From: Camelus ferus
Lineage: Eukaryota
Assembly: GCF_009834535.1 (NCBI RefSeq)
Contig: NC_045696.1
Location: forward strand, 47,618,001-47,682,000
Direction of reading: 5' to 3'
DNA length: 64,000 nucleotides
A program made the position numbers and the translations under genes. Numbering within the stretch: position 1 is the first letter of the stretch; each line of letters opens with the position of its first letter. The notes beneath the pieces are model-generated. The model saw only the letters and a program-made list of their open reading frames with translations. It was not told the DNA's origin and ran no database searches. Below, piece after piece: positions 1 through 14,054 of this stretch.

Positions 1-774
1 CAATTCACAGCCTACAGTATTTCCTTTTAAATAACACTGTGGCAATATCCAAGTTCCATAGGATGCTGCCTTTGTTTTTTGTTTCTTTACAATGTACTTG
101 TAGCTCTAAAGGTCTGATTTTTTTTTCAATCTGAGACAAGAAAACATGCAGTTGTCTTTTCAGTGACACTATTTGTATATTTTGATACTTGCAAAGCTCC
201 CCTCCACACACATCATTTCACTATAGAAATGTTCTCCAATCACTTAGGCTTAACTGTGTCTCATGCTCTGCAGTTTGGGGACATGTGTTTCCTAAGATTT
301 TACCTCTGTCATGAAAGAGATAACACCTCCCACACAGCAAATGAGATTACAGTTAAGTCTTAACACAGGGTTTTAGATACCTTAATTAAAATTACGTTAA
401 CAATGAGTAGAGTGGAATTTGCCAGTTCTCCAAGGGATGCAATGGATCAGCCTAATACCACATGCTCAATTTTGTGAAGTATCTATTTAAGAGGATAAAT
501 AAATCATAAATGGATGAGAGGGAGGGAAGAGCAGACCACGGGCAGCTGTACAGCACTTCTAATTCGACTGTCGTTAAAGAAGCTTAAGAGCTGGTTGCTA
601 TCACTCCATCTGGTTTCTTCCCTTCTATTTTTTTGCCCCTCCACACCCACCCCAAACATTTTATCAAGGACCCATAAAGGCTACCAGACCAGTAACTGCC
701 TTCCTGCCAAGTTCATAGACCCTTCCTGTTTTCACTCTTCTGTAATTAACATTATGTTCTAGACGCCTCCTTTT

Positions 775-2880
775 TGTTCATCAATTTATTCAATAAAATT
801 GAGTTCCCAGCACGGGGCAGACACTGTGATGGTGAAGACTACAAAGTCCTGCCTTTATGGAGCTTATTTTCTAGTGGGGGAGAAAGGAATGAAATAAATT
901 AAAAGATGGATACGTAATCGTGTAAGTTCTGTGAAGAAAACTAGCCCAGGGAAGAGGAGGATGACCTGGGCTCCTGTGTAATCTGAGCCCAGCTGCCTCT
1001 CTGGGCTCATTGTTCTCTTCCACACCCTCCTTTCTCCAGGCCTTTGACTTGCTGATTTGTTTGTTGCCTCAACTTTTTCCTAGTCTTTCCTCAGACAATG
1101 CCCCCACCCCAAACCTAGCTTGCCCCCTCTACACACCACTGCACTCGCTCTCACCACAGCCAACACTGACACTCCCTGTCCCCTTCCCCGCTGTTTCTCT
1201 CCTTAGCGCTCACCAGTCTACCATGCAACATACTGTGCTTACTCATCTTGTCTATTGTCTGGTTCCCCCACTAGAATGGAAGCACCGTGAAGACAGGGAG
1301 TAGTGCCTATTATTTCCCTGCTGTATCCCCAGTGTTGAGAATATTAACTGATATTCCTTACATGCACAGAATAAAAGGCAGTGAAAAAGCAAGTCAAGAA
1401 AATACATGTGTGTTGCTGGGGGTGGGTAGCAGTGGAGTCCGGGAATTATAAACAGCAAAAGGAAAGGCTATCAGGCAAAAATAAGCTCAGGGTTTTGGAG
1501 GCCAAGGAACATCAGGGTGACTGCAGTGGAAGGAGAGAAGGAATGTATAGTAGGCAGTGAGGACAGAAAGGAGGCCAGGACAGGTCATGGAGGGCCTTGG
1601 AGGGCACTAAATTTTGTTCTAAGGGTAAGCAGAAGCCACCGGAGGGTTCTGAGAAGAATGGTTAATCTGACTTACATATTTTGGATGGGATAAGCAGATT
1701 TTTAACTGTGGAGGCCAAAAGCAGCAATGCAATCATTTATAGGGCTATTGCTGTAGTCCTGATGAGAGATGGTGGTAAACTGGCCAGACGGGCAGCTGTG
1801 GAGGTGGTAGAACAGAGCATAATACATCTGAAGGTTGATTCAGCAAGACTGGCTGATGCATTGAGGGCAGGGTGTGAAAAAAGGAGAGAAATTCAGGTTT
1901 CAGCCTGAGTAACTGAGCAATGGTACCATTTATTGAGATGGGGAAGCATAAAGTCCCTTGGAATTCCTTCCTTTCTTGGTTTTGATAACCCTCTGTGTCC
2001 CAACTCTTTCTGGGTAGTTATTATTTTTCTGTCTACTCTCAATCCCTCAAAGAAAATTTCAGGGGATTAAATGATCACCTTTACAGAAACAATGGCTTTA
2101 TTGGCATCATCAACCTTAACTTCTCATCTTTGCTCCAGCTATTTCCAACTGACTTCAGGACACTTACACTTGAATAGCCCGCTGGAACTTCAGATTCTCA
2201 GCCTCATCTTGGTCCACTTAGATTCCTCTGGTTAATTCCTCCTATGTAAAATAACTTTTTCGTTCCAGGTTGCCATTTCAAAACCATTGTCATTCTTTAA
2301 TCTTCCATGCCCCTTCCCAAGTTGTGTTGTTTTCCCTTCAAAATGTTTCACTTTTCCTTGTCTTCTTATACCACAATCTCCAGGCAGCAGCATCCTGCTT
2401 GCTTTTTTGGTCTTTAGTTTCTTGCCTTTCCAGTACTGCTCCATTATCACATTTTCGTAACACAAGGAATGACTCTCCATGATGAAATGTTCCTTCTCAA
2501 AACTAGCCTACAGGTCCTGACTACTTACTCTCTCATGTACAAACCCTTCCTAAGCTCTTCTCAAGGTGATTCTAAGATATCAGGAAATATTTTCAGTATC
2601 TTAACAACATCCTCTGTAATAGCCAAAAGGTTCTCTTCAGATTCCCCTGTAAGCACAAGATAGACTTCTGCCTCCACACCTCTGCCCACACAGTTCTCTC
2701 TACCTGGAATACATCCTCTCCTTTTCTTATGTCTTTCCCACTTTTTAAGGCAAGTATAAGTCCTACTCTTCCCAAAATGTCTTTATTTACTCTAACACAT
2801 ACTGATTTCTCCCTTTCTCTGAAAAAAGTATTAACAGTAAATTACAAACAATTTTTATTATTTTTAACTTTCAAGCATCA
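775..2880. mobile_element. Cluster of old L2 LINE fragments in both orientations
   Basis: L2 3'-end-like text in reverse at ~775-900 (ttcatcaatttattcaataaaattgag...gtcctgcctttatggagcttattttctagtgggg), forward at ~1010-1370 (ctagaatggaagcacc...ctgtatccccagtg), reverse body ~1480-1950, forward body ~1960-2880. Confidence 0.65.
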
Positions 2881-3234
2881 TATCTATGGGACACAGATAA
2901 GACTGGGATCCTGTAGTGGCCTTGATCCCAGCTTAAAATTACCCTTAAACCATTACACAGCTCTATTTCACTTCTTCAGTTGCTAGCTGCCTCACCTCTC
3001 TGCATACTTTCCCCTCCAGACTCTCCAATTCTGCAGCAATGAGCTTTTTTCTGCCTGTGGGACCACCCCCTTTCCCCTCCCTCCCACTCCCTCCCACACC
3101 CATGGGGTCACTCTCTAGCTCTCCCCTTTCTTCTCAATTTTCATTCTTTACTCCCATCTCCTGGCCCACCCAAAGGCTGAATCTGCCCTCTTTAGAACTA
3201 CAGAAGGTCCTTTTTAAAAAATGTTTTGCATAAC

Positions 3235-3420
3235 ACACTTATTTTCATTCTATCACAAATCATCCCACTAATTTTCATAATAACCTTGAGAGCAGATAAT
3301 AGTATTATTCCCCTTTTATAGATAAGAAAACCGAAAACCGTAAGTTGATACAACAGACAAGCGGCATGGAGGTCTGAACATGAACCGGGTCAATCTGCCT
3401 GAAGTCCAAGAGCCTGTCTC
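3235..3420 (-). mobile_element. MIR SINE
   Basis: MIR core-like attattcccctttatagataagaaaaccgaaa in reverse orientation. Confidence 0.7.
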
Positions 3421-6289
3421 CTTTCTGTAAAATAATGCTAGCTCATGGTTTTGTAAAACTGTCTTCCAATTTTTCTGCTCCTTTAGGGCAAAGATCATGT
3501 TTTGGGTCCTTTTTTTGTTTTGAGGAGTTTTGGGGTGTCCTCCAAAATCTCTTAACATAGAATTGTTCAATAAATGTCAGGAATTAGTGCACGGTTGCTG
3601 AGAATTCACACAGCGGCACTTGAATATTTAGATTCATTATAAGGGGCTCATAAGATTTGCCTTTAGGTCAGAGGCTTTATCACATACTGTCTTTGTGTCT
3701 GTAAGTCCACTAGTGAGCTGACAGATGATGCTGTGGAGGGTGAGTACAGACAATCTTTCCTCCAAGGCCCTTGGGGCAGCTCTGGTTTATACTTCATAAA
3801 GGGGCTGGCTCTGCCTGTGAAATTTCTGATACTGTGGGCAACAATCACAGGATTACACAGGTTCACACAGAGGCAACGGCACCATCACCAAGCAGGAAAA
3901 CTGACGAAGAAGTGGCCTGCTTTTGAAATTAAGGCAACTTCAATCATCCGAAATCATGTCATTGTAATATCAACACCGTTTGCTATTTTAAAACATTTCT
4001 GCTAGGAGTCGGAAAACTTCTGTGTATTTAGGTTAAATGCAGCTGATTGAGGGACTGGCTATGCAGGCTATTTGCTTTTCTTTTTTTTTTTTCACCTGCT
4101 TTTGGGTTACTGAGACATCTTTTCACTTTGTCATATGGTTCTGATGCCAAAACAGAGTACTTACAGTTGTTTTTTGTTTGTTGGTTTTGGTTTTTGTATT
4201 TTATTTTATTTCATTTCATTTCATTTTTGGCTACCATAGCGCACAAGCCTAGACACTGGAAACTCATTAGCTCTTCCAGACATTCCTCAGCTTTTATAAC
4301 ATAGCACGGAGGTCCTGTCAAAGACACCAGGGATTCAGAATGGGTTGATGGCTTTCTGAGCTGGCATCAGCCTCTTTTGAAAGTTGCCCCAAAGAGCTAA
4401 CCATGTGTAATTGGTAAAGGACTTAGTTCATTCTGAGACAGGAAGAAGGTTCCATCAACTTATTCCTTTATTCATTGGTCTTGAGCCCAGAAAGTTATCA
4501 TGCTCTGGACAAGACACTGGAGGTTACACCTCCTTATTTATCAGAGTAAATCCCGGAGACTCCATTGCCAAACTCTTAAAATTCAGCTGTCAATAGTGAT
4601 CTGGCCACTGAGTTTTTAAAATGTCTGCAGATTAGCAAAATGAAATGAATCCAACTGCCAGTCTGTTTTTGAGGCCAGGTGTAAGGCAAAAAGATCTAAA
4701 TGACCACAGAGGACAAAAGGGCTAAAGCTAATCCAACCAAAAAAGGTAGTATGGTTCCTGGTCATTGAACAGGAAGCTCTAACATAATTGAAAATAACCA
4801 CACCCACAGATATTATTTCACAGTCTTTGCAGTCTGGGTTTGCCTCTGATATTCTCAGAAGTAACTGAAAGAAAATTATTATAAAATATGGAAAAATAAC
4901 AAATAAAAAGTATTTAGGGAAAAGGTAGATGTTGCTTCATATTAGAGTCAGAAAACTAGCAGAATGTCAATTTGAAGTACATGCTCCACCAACATGAATA
5001 AGACACGCATGTGTGTAACAAAAAGTTAGTACTTTTATCACTCTGACTCAAGTCTCAGAAAATTATTCCTACTCAACTTCTCTAAGTTACTGTTGGCATT
5101 GGTAATTTCATCTCCCTGGTATCTCTGAATTTTGAAGCTTTCTTCAAATTGATCATTTGCTTGCCTGACCATCTGTTGTGGTTTGGCAAACTAATTTTCC
5201 CAGTTCCCTTTTAGAACAGATCCCCTAGGATGTCTATTCTGCGCAGTCGCTTCTAATATCTCAACTGGTGACATAACCTGAGACTGCTCACCTCTTTGAC
5301 AAGATGCTTGGTAGTCTAGTCCCATTGCTTCATTTTTATTTTTATTGCTTCTGTTAAGCATAGTACAGTGACAGCTGATCAAACTGCATTACTTTGAGGG
5401 GCGCTGGGGTACTAGGGAGCTCATATGCCAAATTTTTGCCTGGAGTAAAGTTGAACTGCCAATTTATTATATAGCAGGGCACAGGAGTTTTTAATTGAAC
5501 TTAGACAAATCCTTAATTACAACAGTACCACAGGGCACTGCTCCGGTAAAGCACAACTGTAGCAACCTTCACTCAGATGTTGATTCCCCTGGCATCTTTA
5601 AGAGGTGATGTAAAAAGACTTCCTTCCCATCTGGGGTTAACTGGGACATATCTGAAATTTACACATGGGTTTTTAAATGCTTGAGACAGAAACAGTTCAG
5701 AATACACAGTATTTGTGAAAAGAGCAGGCAGGGTATGTGTTTTGAGCATGAAGGATGGGAAATAATAGGATTTTATGGAAATTAGGAGACACCAGCTCAT
5801 TGGAGGGGTTGGTGGTGAGGTTATGACCACAACCATACACTGGACTGATACTCTTGGGCAAGGAGAAGATGCTTCTTTCCAGGAATCACCCCTGAGATGA
5901 TGATCCTGATGACTACTATGTGACTCTAGGTTTATGGGAAAGAAAAGAGTCAGACCTTTTGCACACAAAAAAAATGGCGTTGTATAGGTCAGATTTAGGG
6001 TGGACAAGGTAAGAAATGGGATAAAGGGAAGTTAGCTTAATCTGGGCAAGAAGTGGGTGATGCCTCCATTTTTTTAACTGAATTCAAGACTCTTGGCTGG
6101 AGAATGCCCATGTATGAAACTATGGAAACCCATCTAAGCCAAAATGCTGTTAATCAATGTAGTATTGATCTGTATCCTGAAATCCTCACCCCTTTTTGAG
6201 TACTCCAACCAACCCGGGTGGAGCGGGCTGGATGACCTGACGTGGGGGACAGCAGACGGAGATGGACGCTAACAGGAGAAGTCACAATG

Positions 6290-6465
6290 AGGAGTGGTTA
6301 CGACAGTGGGAGCTGACACTGAACAGCTAGGGTTAGAGGCGGCCACTTCCTGACAGTGTGATCCTGAGCAAGTTTATACTCCTCATCTGGGGATGAAAAG
6401 AGAACGTACCCTTCAGGTTATTAAAAGGATGGGATGAGATGAGGCACGTGAAGTACGGTGCCTGA
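6290..6465 (+). mobile_element. MIR SINE
   Basis: gtgtgatcctgagcaagttta...cctcatctgggg...gtacc...aggatgggatgagat. Confidence 0.55.
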
Positions 6466-8844
6466 GTTTCATCACAGCCACACAGAGAAAGGAAAGGCTA
6501 CCTCTACTAAAACACACATGCACACACACATGGTAGAATTTCAGAAAAACAGTTTTGCAGGATCTGAGATAATACATCTGGATCACACTAGTTACCCAGA
6601 AATGGTGGAGGGCACTGTAGCTGTGCTAACAAGATTGTGTAAAATGATGAAAGAAGTTTGCCGCAGTGCAGACTGATGGCCCATACATGTCTCCAGAGGT
6701 CCAGTCGGACGGCTGTCTAGGGTATTTTGAAGAGGATTAAGATATCTTAAAAAAAAAAAAAAAAAAAAAAACTCCTCATTATTTTCATGACAGTTTTTAA
6801 TCTCTAGAAAATGCCTGGAGTTTTAACTGAATCCCAGTTGGAGATTTCCACAGCTCCAAACGACACGCCAGCAAGGTCTTACCAAGAACACTCTCACTGC
6901 GATGGACTTCGAAAAGGGGTGGCCCACGCTGGCCGAAAGGCCTGGCATAAATTAATATCAAAAAGGAAAAAAACTGCACAGAAGTGCTCCAGCGAACTAT
7001 GTGATCAGAAGCAATGGGAGATAAGGAAAATGAAGCCCAGCACTGCACGAAGGATGAGGGAGCACGTGAAATGTGGCACACACAGGATACAGACATTAAA
7101 AATGACTCAGAAGTAAGGATTATCCCCCTGGGGAAACAAAACAAAACAAAACAAAAGAATATGGTTTAAAAAAAAAAAGCCTCCAGAGAAGGTAGGCCTT
7201 GGAGAAAAAGGAATATAAAAGCACGCAGTCAAGAATCAGGGGGAGGAAGAAGTCAGGAAGACAGATCAAACTGTGGTAACCCTGAGCCACAGCAGATGAG
7301 GTGATTTTGGAGAATAAATGTTAATAAGGCTGAAAGAATCAACAGTGGTCAGATTTAGTATAAATCTGAGAAGCAATCAATACTCTTATCACTTCACTTG
7401 AAACTGCATGACTGTCACTACAAGAGCCAGAGTGAGGTGTGCCGGAAACTTGAAAGAGAGGGAAGTGAAGTTCGCGGATACGAAAAAGTCCTTTCAAAAG
7501 GGAGACTCACAGACACAAAAGAAAGAATGTGCTGCTCAAAATAGAGCTGTTCTCTGTGAAAGGTGAAAAAAAAATACACTTGTAAGAGCATAGGAGCAAA
7601 GGATAAGGGTGCTGGGCAGGTGCCCTTTCAGTGTTACACGTGTGATTGGTAGCATCATCTCTGCCCTCCCATCTGGGGGCATGGACACAGCAGGCTGCTT
7701 TACCTGCAAGTCCTTTAAATATTCAGGCACACAGCTCACTAGCTCTGTGACCGGCCAGCCCAGGCAGATGGGCATAAAGGGAGAGAACACACAGCATCCA
7801 TCAGAATATGTCTTCCAATTGGACTGAGGCTGGATTTCTCTTTTTAATGGTTAAACTGCCGTTACGATACTATACAAGTCTCTTGAGTTCAAATAATGTG
7901 GAATCATTCCTGTGAGATGGACTTTCTTTGGTGTGCTGAACATGTATTTTGGAACCTATTACTGGGCTCCAGTAAATTCACCAAAGTAATAAGAACTCCC
8001 TAACTGTGGGGGGGGGGTGGGGGTGGGAGAGCCAATTACTCCTCCTTAAGTGATCTTTTGCAGCCCTGCACACCCTCCTCCTTTGAATTTGACAGGCACA
8101 GGATCAGAATTAAAGCACATGGTACACACACATTCACATAAGCACTACAGTTAGAAGATAACTGGGGAGGAGTCCCAGGGTTAAGAACAATTTTTTTTTT
8201 AGTTTCTGAGTTTAAGAAAGTACAGACAGACAAGCATTCAGAAGCAATGATTTTCTACTTAAATTACTGCAACTACAGCCAAACAGAAAAGGTGATGTGC
8301 ATCTCTGGATAATGTATATGTATCCAAATTAATTAGACACCATGAGTTTGAAAACAGGCTTCCTGCTAGGATCACAGGGATACAAATAAATCATTCCACA
8401 TACATTCACACAAGTAACATCAGAACTTGAGAAATATTACATAAAAAGACAACAATTTTAATATAAATGTCATACCTAATTCGTGAAAAAGCACTTGCTA
8501 AAAGCTGCATGCAAAGCTTAGAGAGGTGACAAAGCAATGGCTGCATGAAAAACACGCAGATTCTGCAAAGCAGGTGGTGACTAGTAATATTCACAGGTAT
8601 AGTTATACCACACTTAGCTTCAAAGAGGTAAAGAGGTTGTGTTATTTACACACTAGTTGTAGTCTTCTTTTCTGGCCTCTGATTATATTTTGAGCCTTTT
8701 CCTTTTGAAAATACATAGGTGTTCCCTTTCTTCACATCCTGGATTTAACTGTTCCTTACTGTCAATATGAAGGGGTTTTCTCTTCTGTTCCCATTCAAAA
8801 ATCATTCCTAGAGCTTTTCAACATCCCTTCTTAAAACAATTATA

Positions 8845-9012
8845 ATTATGGATGAAATGACATGATGCCTGGGGGTAATGGGGTCAGGGTAGGGATACAG
8901 ATGAACCAAGACCAGCCATGAGCTGATAATTGCTGGAGCTGGGAAATGGGCACATAGTGGTGGGTGATTGTCCTATGTCTGAAATTTTCCATAATGAAAA
9001 TTTTTTAAAATA
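8845..9012 (+). mobile_element. Old L1 3' end (L1MC-like)
   Basis: gatgaaccaagaccagccatgagctgataattgctggagctggg...gaaattttccataatgaaaa. Confidence 0.65.
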
Positions 9013-9889
9013 AAATTTTCATTATTGTTATATCATGAACCTTGTGATAATGTTTTTCTGCTAAAGGGCACACATATTAGGCTAAAGTCAGAAGATATTC
9101 TGTTCTTACTGGCTTATTTGTAACTGAAACTTAATCCATAATTCTAAGATGCATTTTGAAGTAACTTACCTAAAGATATGTACAATGAGGTGGGCCTTTT
9201 TCTAAGTACTCCCACTTACTTTATCATGTCAAACAGTAACAACCATCTAGGCAACTACACTCATTCTCATTTAAAGTTTAGTTTTAAGCTTCTTGGCAAT
9301 CAAGATACAAAGAGAACTATAGTGAGGAATAAAATTCATATTCTGATAAAAGAAAACATCAAATAGACTTTTTTCCTGACACTAAATTCTGATGTTCAAA
9401 GGAACCTTTTCATTATAACATAAAGGGCACTCTATAACAAAATGGACAGTGTCTTTAATGTGGCTTCACAGATGAAGTGTTTGTCACATAGATAGTCCTT
9501 GAGTCAATTCTTCCTGTACACCAAAGCTTTTTACCCTTGGCTCAGTAAGGGAAACCAGCTCTGCTGGGGTCTGTAGTAGACCAGTCCAGATACGTAGGTT
9601 TTTTGATATTGACTACCAAGTTCGAATCAGGGATACACAATCCAGAGAAGTAAATGGAAAGTATGTCTATATTTCTTGAAAAGACTTCTCTCAGCAGGGC
9701 TTTTGGCAGTGGCCTAATTTAAGTCAGTTTAGAATTACAGTTTCTGGTGAGAATCCATACTATGAATATAGAAAGGTCCATATGCTTTGGATTTGAGTAT
9801 TCAGGTTTAGAGATGACCTTCAAGTTACATATACATAAATTATATAAATTAACATAATATTAAAGCTTTCTCACCCTGATAACTCAAAT

Positions 9890-10030
9890 GAAGAGCATTG
9901 TGGCCCAGTGGTGAGGAGGCATCAGTCCCAGTTGTAGTCTCACTAGTTTGCATAGCCTTGGGCAAGTAACTAACTTTTCTAAGTCTTGTTTCTTCACCTA
10001 AAAACTAGGTTATTCAATTTAATGTTTCAG
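9890..10030 (+). mobile_element. MIR SINE fragment
   Basis: ccttgggcaagtaactaacttttctaagtcttgtttcttcacctaaaa. Confidence 0.6.
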
Positions 10031-10131
10031 TTACTCTGAGGCACTCATGTGAAATACCTCTTGGATTCCTCTAATCTTTACAAATATAAATAAATTTCAA
10101 TGTGTCATTTAGTCAGTAAAGTTTATCTAAC

Positions 10132-10236
10132 CTGGATTATATCCAAATTGCTGTTGCTGGTTTCAACTTCAATCAAAACTTTACATTTCTGCACAGGGTT
10201 TTGACTCTGTTTCCTCTTCATTTCCCAAGAAGAGGC
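10132..10236 (-). CDS. MORC1: MORC1 coding exon, 105 nt
   Basis: ccttgctccAG|GCCTCT...ATCCAG|GTTAGA; ASSWEMKRKQSQNPVQKCKVLIEVETSNSNLDIIQ, similar to recalled human AASWEMKRKQSLNFVEECKVL...DIIL; phase 0 to 0. Confidence 0.92.
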
Positions 10237-10454
10237 CTGGAGCAAGGTGTTAACAAAAAATGTACAAGGATTAGCAGCAATCAATGGTATACATTAAACC
10301 ACCTTCACTCTTCCCTTCACTCAGCCTCTATTAACTGCTGACTTCTGTAGGATACTCAAAAGAAATTCAATTTCTGATCTTTTCCCTCAAGAAGTATATG
10401 ACTTAGATATGCACATGTAAGGTTAAATAACAATATAAAACAATAACAAAATAA

Positions 10455-11918
10455 TATCAAACATTTTACCAAACATTTCAAGGAGGGTTAGCACCTACCC
10501 TTCTGAAAATATTCCAAAAATTGCAGAGGAAGAAACACTTATGAACTCCTCCTATGAGGCTAACATCATCCAGATACCAAAATCAGATAAAGATAACACA
10601 CAAAAAAAAGAAAAAGAAAAGAAAATTACGGGCCAATATCACTGATGAAGATAGACGCAAAAAATCCTCAACAAAATACTAGCAGACCAACTACAACTAC
10701 ATGTTCAAGTGGGATTTAACCCAGGGGTGCGAGGATTTTTCGATATCTGCAAATCAATCAATGTGACACACCACATTAACAAGTTGAAGAGTAAAAACCA
10801 TATGATCATCTCAATAGATGCAGAAAAAGGCTTTTGATAAAATTTAACATCCATTTATGATAAAAACTCTCCAGAAAGTGGGCATAGAGGGAACATACCT
10901 CATTATAATAAAGGCCATAGATGACAAACACACAGTTAATATCATATTCAACAGTGAAAAGCTGAAAGTATTTCCTCTGAGATCAGGAACAAGACAAGGA
11001 TGTCCACTCTCGCTACTTTTATTTAACATAGTTCTGGAAGTCCTAGCCACAGCCATCAGAGAAGAAAAATAAATAAAAAGAATCCAAATTGGAAAAGAAA
11101 TTAAATTCTCACTATTTACAGATGACATGATATTATACGTAGAAAATCCTAAAGACGTTACCAGAAAACTACTAGAGCTCATCAGTGAATTTGGTAAAAT
11201 TGTAGGATACAAAATCAATATAAAGAAATATGTTGCATTTCTATACACTAACAATGAACTATCAGAAAGAGACATTAAGGAAATAATCATATTTACCATC
11301 ACATCAAAAAGAATAAAATACCTAGGAATAAACCTACCTAAGGAGGCAAAAGATCTATACTCTGAAAACTGTAAGACACTGATGAAAGAAAATGAAGACA
11401 ACACAGATGGAAAGATACACTGTGTTCTTGGGTTGGAAGAATTAATATTGTTAAAATGACCATACTACCCAAGGCAATCTACAGATTCAATGTAATCCTT
11501 ATTAAAGTATCAATGGCAATTTTCATAGGCCTAGAACAAATCATTTTAAAATCTGTATGGGAACACAAAAGACCATGAATAGACAAAACAACCGTGAAAA
11601 AGAAGAACAGAGCTAGAGGAATCACACTCCCACACTTCAGACTATACTACAAAGCTACAATAATCAAAGCAGAATGGTACTGGCACAAAAAGAGACACAA
11701 AGATCTATGGAACAGAATAGAGAACCCAGAAATAAAGCCATGCTCTTATGGTTAATTAATCTATGACAAAGGAAGCAAGAATATACAATGGAAAAAAGAC
11801 AGTCCCTTCAATGAATGGTGCTGGGAAAACTGGACAGTTACATATAAGAGAATGAAATTAGAACATTCTCTAACACCATATACAAAAATAAACTCCAAAT
11901 GGATTAAAGACTTAAATG
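10455..11918 (+). mobile_element. L1 ORF2 internal fragment (reverse transcriptase region), truncated at both ends
   Basis: Track ORFs 10857..11072 and 11127..11459 are L1 RT ([43 protein letters not shown]) with stops and frameshifts; no 3' UTR or poly(A). Confidence 0.95.
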
Positions 11919-12749
11919 CAGTCATTTTTTGATATTGAAAAGATATCTTCATAGTTGAAAAGGTCAGAAACCCCTGGAATGAAAAATTTATGATACAGGG
12001 AAAGAACTCCTTTGATTGGAATGGCTAGAGGTAGACTCTTAACTTCTTGAAGGCAAAAACTGTGTCTTATTTATCTCTGAGTCCACAGTACCTGGATCAG
12101 AGTAATCCTTAATTTACATTTGTTGGTAAAATGAATTAATCAAGTAAACTGAGGGAAAATTCACAGGAATTCAAAGTTGCAGATGTAGGAAAAATAAATG
12201 TATTATTTTTATGGGGAGTCCCATCTTCAGGAAATGGGAGGGTGGCTAGAATAAAAAAGTAGAATTTTCTGAGAAGTACAAGGATGCAATAACACTTCTC
12301 TAAGAAGAATCATTAATTAATTAATTACCTGTATTAATAGAGCTGAATTGTGGTACATATAAGCTAAAACAGTGGCTAATTCCAGACCCATTTTTATCAA
12401 GCTTTTGGAGCACACGATAAGGTTTAGTCTACCTTCCTAATTCCATTTCTTTAGGCTAATATTAAAAATAATCACATTTCCTGCACCTCCACTGTCTGGT
12501 ACAGGGAATGCCTAGTGTTGCGTTTATTGGATAGAAGACTAGAAATGTACAGCAAATAATCCTCAAGTACTCAAATGCTGTTTGAATTGAAGTTTAAACC
12601 TGATTAAATTCATTTTCAAGTGCTTATCAAGAATTTCACAGTCTTCTGATCTATCCACCTCACTTCTAGATTTTAAGTATAGATTATCTTCTGAGGTAAA
12701 ACTTATCTTCCTAAGAGCTAATGTACAACCTTTTCCATTTCTTTACCTT

Positions 12750-14010
12750 CCACTTGCTAATCAACTTCCAATCTGGTTTCTATTCTCTCCAGTCCAATAA
12801 CAATAATAAAATTCTTCCTGTGATCTTCTATTGCCGCTAAGTTATTAAGTCAATGGAGTGTTTATAGAACTTTAGCCTGCTGAGTTAGCTCCTCAACAGA
12901 ATTCAGGCTCTCTGACCATCTCACTTTGAATTGCCTTCTTTCCCTCTTGCTTTAGTGATAAGACAAATTCCTGTCCTTTCTTCTTCCTACTCTGGACATT
13001 CCTTCACAATCACTTGTACATACTTACCCTTCAACAGCTAGCTATAAATGCTGAAATCCATCAAGTTTCTGTCTAGTACTTTCCTTCTTTCCCTTCCTCC
13101 TTAGTTGACATGTTCTCCTGAAAGTCTCAGACTGAGGAAGCTGAACTCATGGTCCTGCCCACAAGCCCAGTCACCTTCTAGGATTCCCTAATTCAATGAA
13201 TGGAATAACCATCCACCTAGGAGCAAGAGTCAGAAATCCTGTAGTCATTCTTGCCACTTCCCTCTGCTTCACCTTCCACACCCAATGTATCCCCAAACCA
13301 GTGTTCCCTTCTCAAGGTAAACACAAGGAACAAACATATCCTCTTCTCTCCACCCTAAACGAGCACCCTCGCCCACACCACCATTATTTCCCCACAAGGC
13401 CGCTGCAAGAGCCTTTTAATCGCTCTGCCCACATTCATGCTGCTCTCTAGTCCATCTTCCATACTCAACCAAAGCAGTATTTTCCAAAGGAAAATCTAGA
13501 CATGTCACTTCCCTACTTAAAACCCTGCAGTGGTGTCCTGCTGCTTTCAGGATAAATACAAAATCCCTTCTCAAAGCCTATATGCCTGCAAGGTTCTGGT
13601 CACTCCCTGCTCATCTCACATCACAGTCCCTTTCCAGCTCTCTGCCCCATCATAGCTTACTTGTCTTCTTAAGGTACTTTGTGTTTCATGTATCCTTGTT
13701 AGCAAATGATGTTTGCATTGCTTGGAAATGCTCTTCCTCCTTTTATCCATTTAATTGAAATTCAATCCTAAAAGTTCTGTCATCACTTTTTCAGGGAAGA
13801 CTTACCTATCCTCCCAGAGTCAAATCCCTTATTATAAGTATTCATGCTATTATGTCATAAAAACTGCCACAGTAGCAGTTCACATTTGTCTATATGATCA
13901 TTGGATTATCTGTCTCCATCGCTAGACTGTAAGTTCAATGGGGGATGGGACCATATGTGGTTTTGTTCACAGTTAAATCCCCTGTAGCTGGCTGGCATAC
14001 TGAATGGCAC
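12750..14010 (+). mobile_element. L2 LINE, 3' ~1.2 kb
   Basis: aatggaataaccatccacc...gtagtcattcttgccacttccctc; catgtcacttccctacttaaaacc; ctagactgtaagttc...ttttgttcac. Confidence 0.75.
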
Positions 14011-14012
14011 AT

Positions 14013-14015
<3 letters not shown>

Positions 14016-14051
<36 letters not shown>
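14016..14051 (+). repeat. (AC)18 microsatellite
   Basis: Perfect dinucleotide run. Confidence 0.97.

Positions 14052-14054
<3 letters not shown>

Noticed and set aside
5..211. 68-aa minus-strand ORF as the next MORC1 exon
   Set aside because: No convincing similarity to the expected downstream peptide (recalled human VSDKSNTDVSLKQEKKEIPLLNQ); that exon probably lies left of the window.
5573..6007. 144-aa minus-strand ORF
   Set aside because: No recognisable domain or MORC1 similarity and no supporting splice structure; consistent with chance.
6797..7144. Overlapping 101-aa (+) and 115-aa (-) ORFs between A-rich runs, considered as a retrogene
   Set aside because: No recognisable parent protein and no TSD found; cannot be supported without a database search.
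10844..11404. 186-aa minus-strand ORF
   Set aside because: It is the antisense frame of L1 ORF2, a common artefact.
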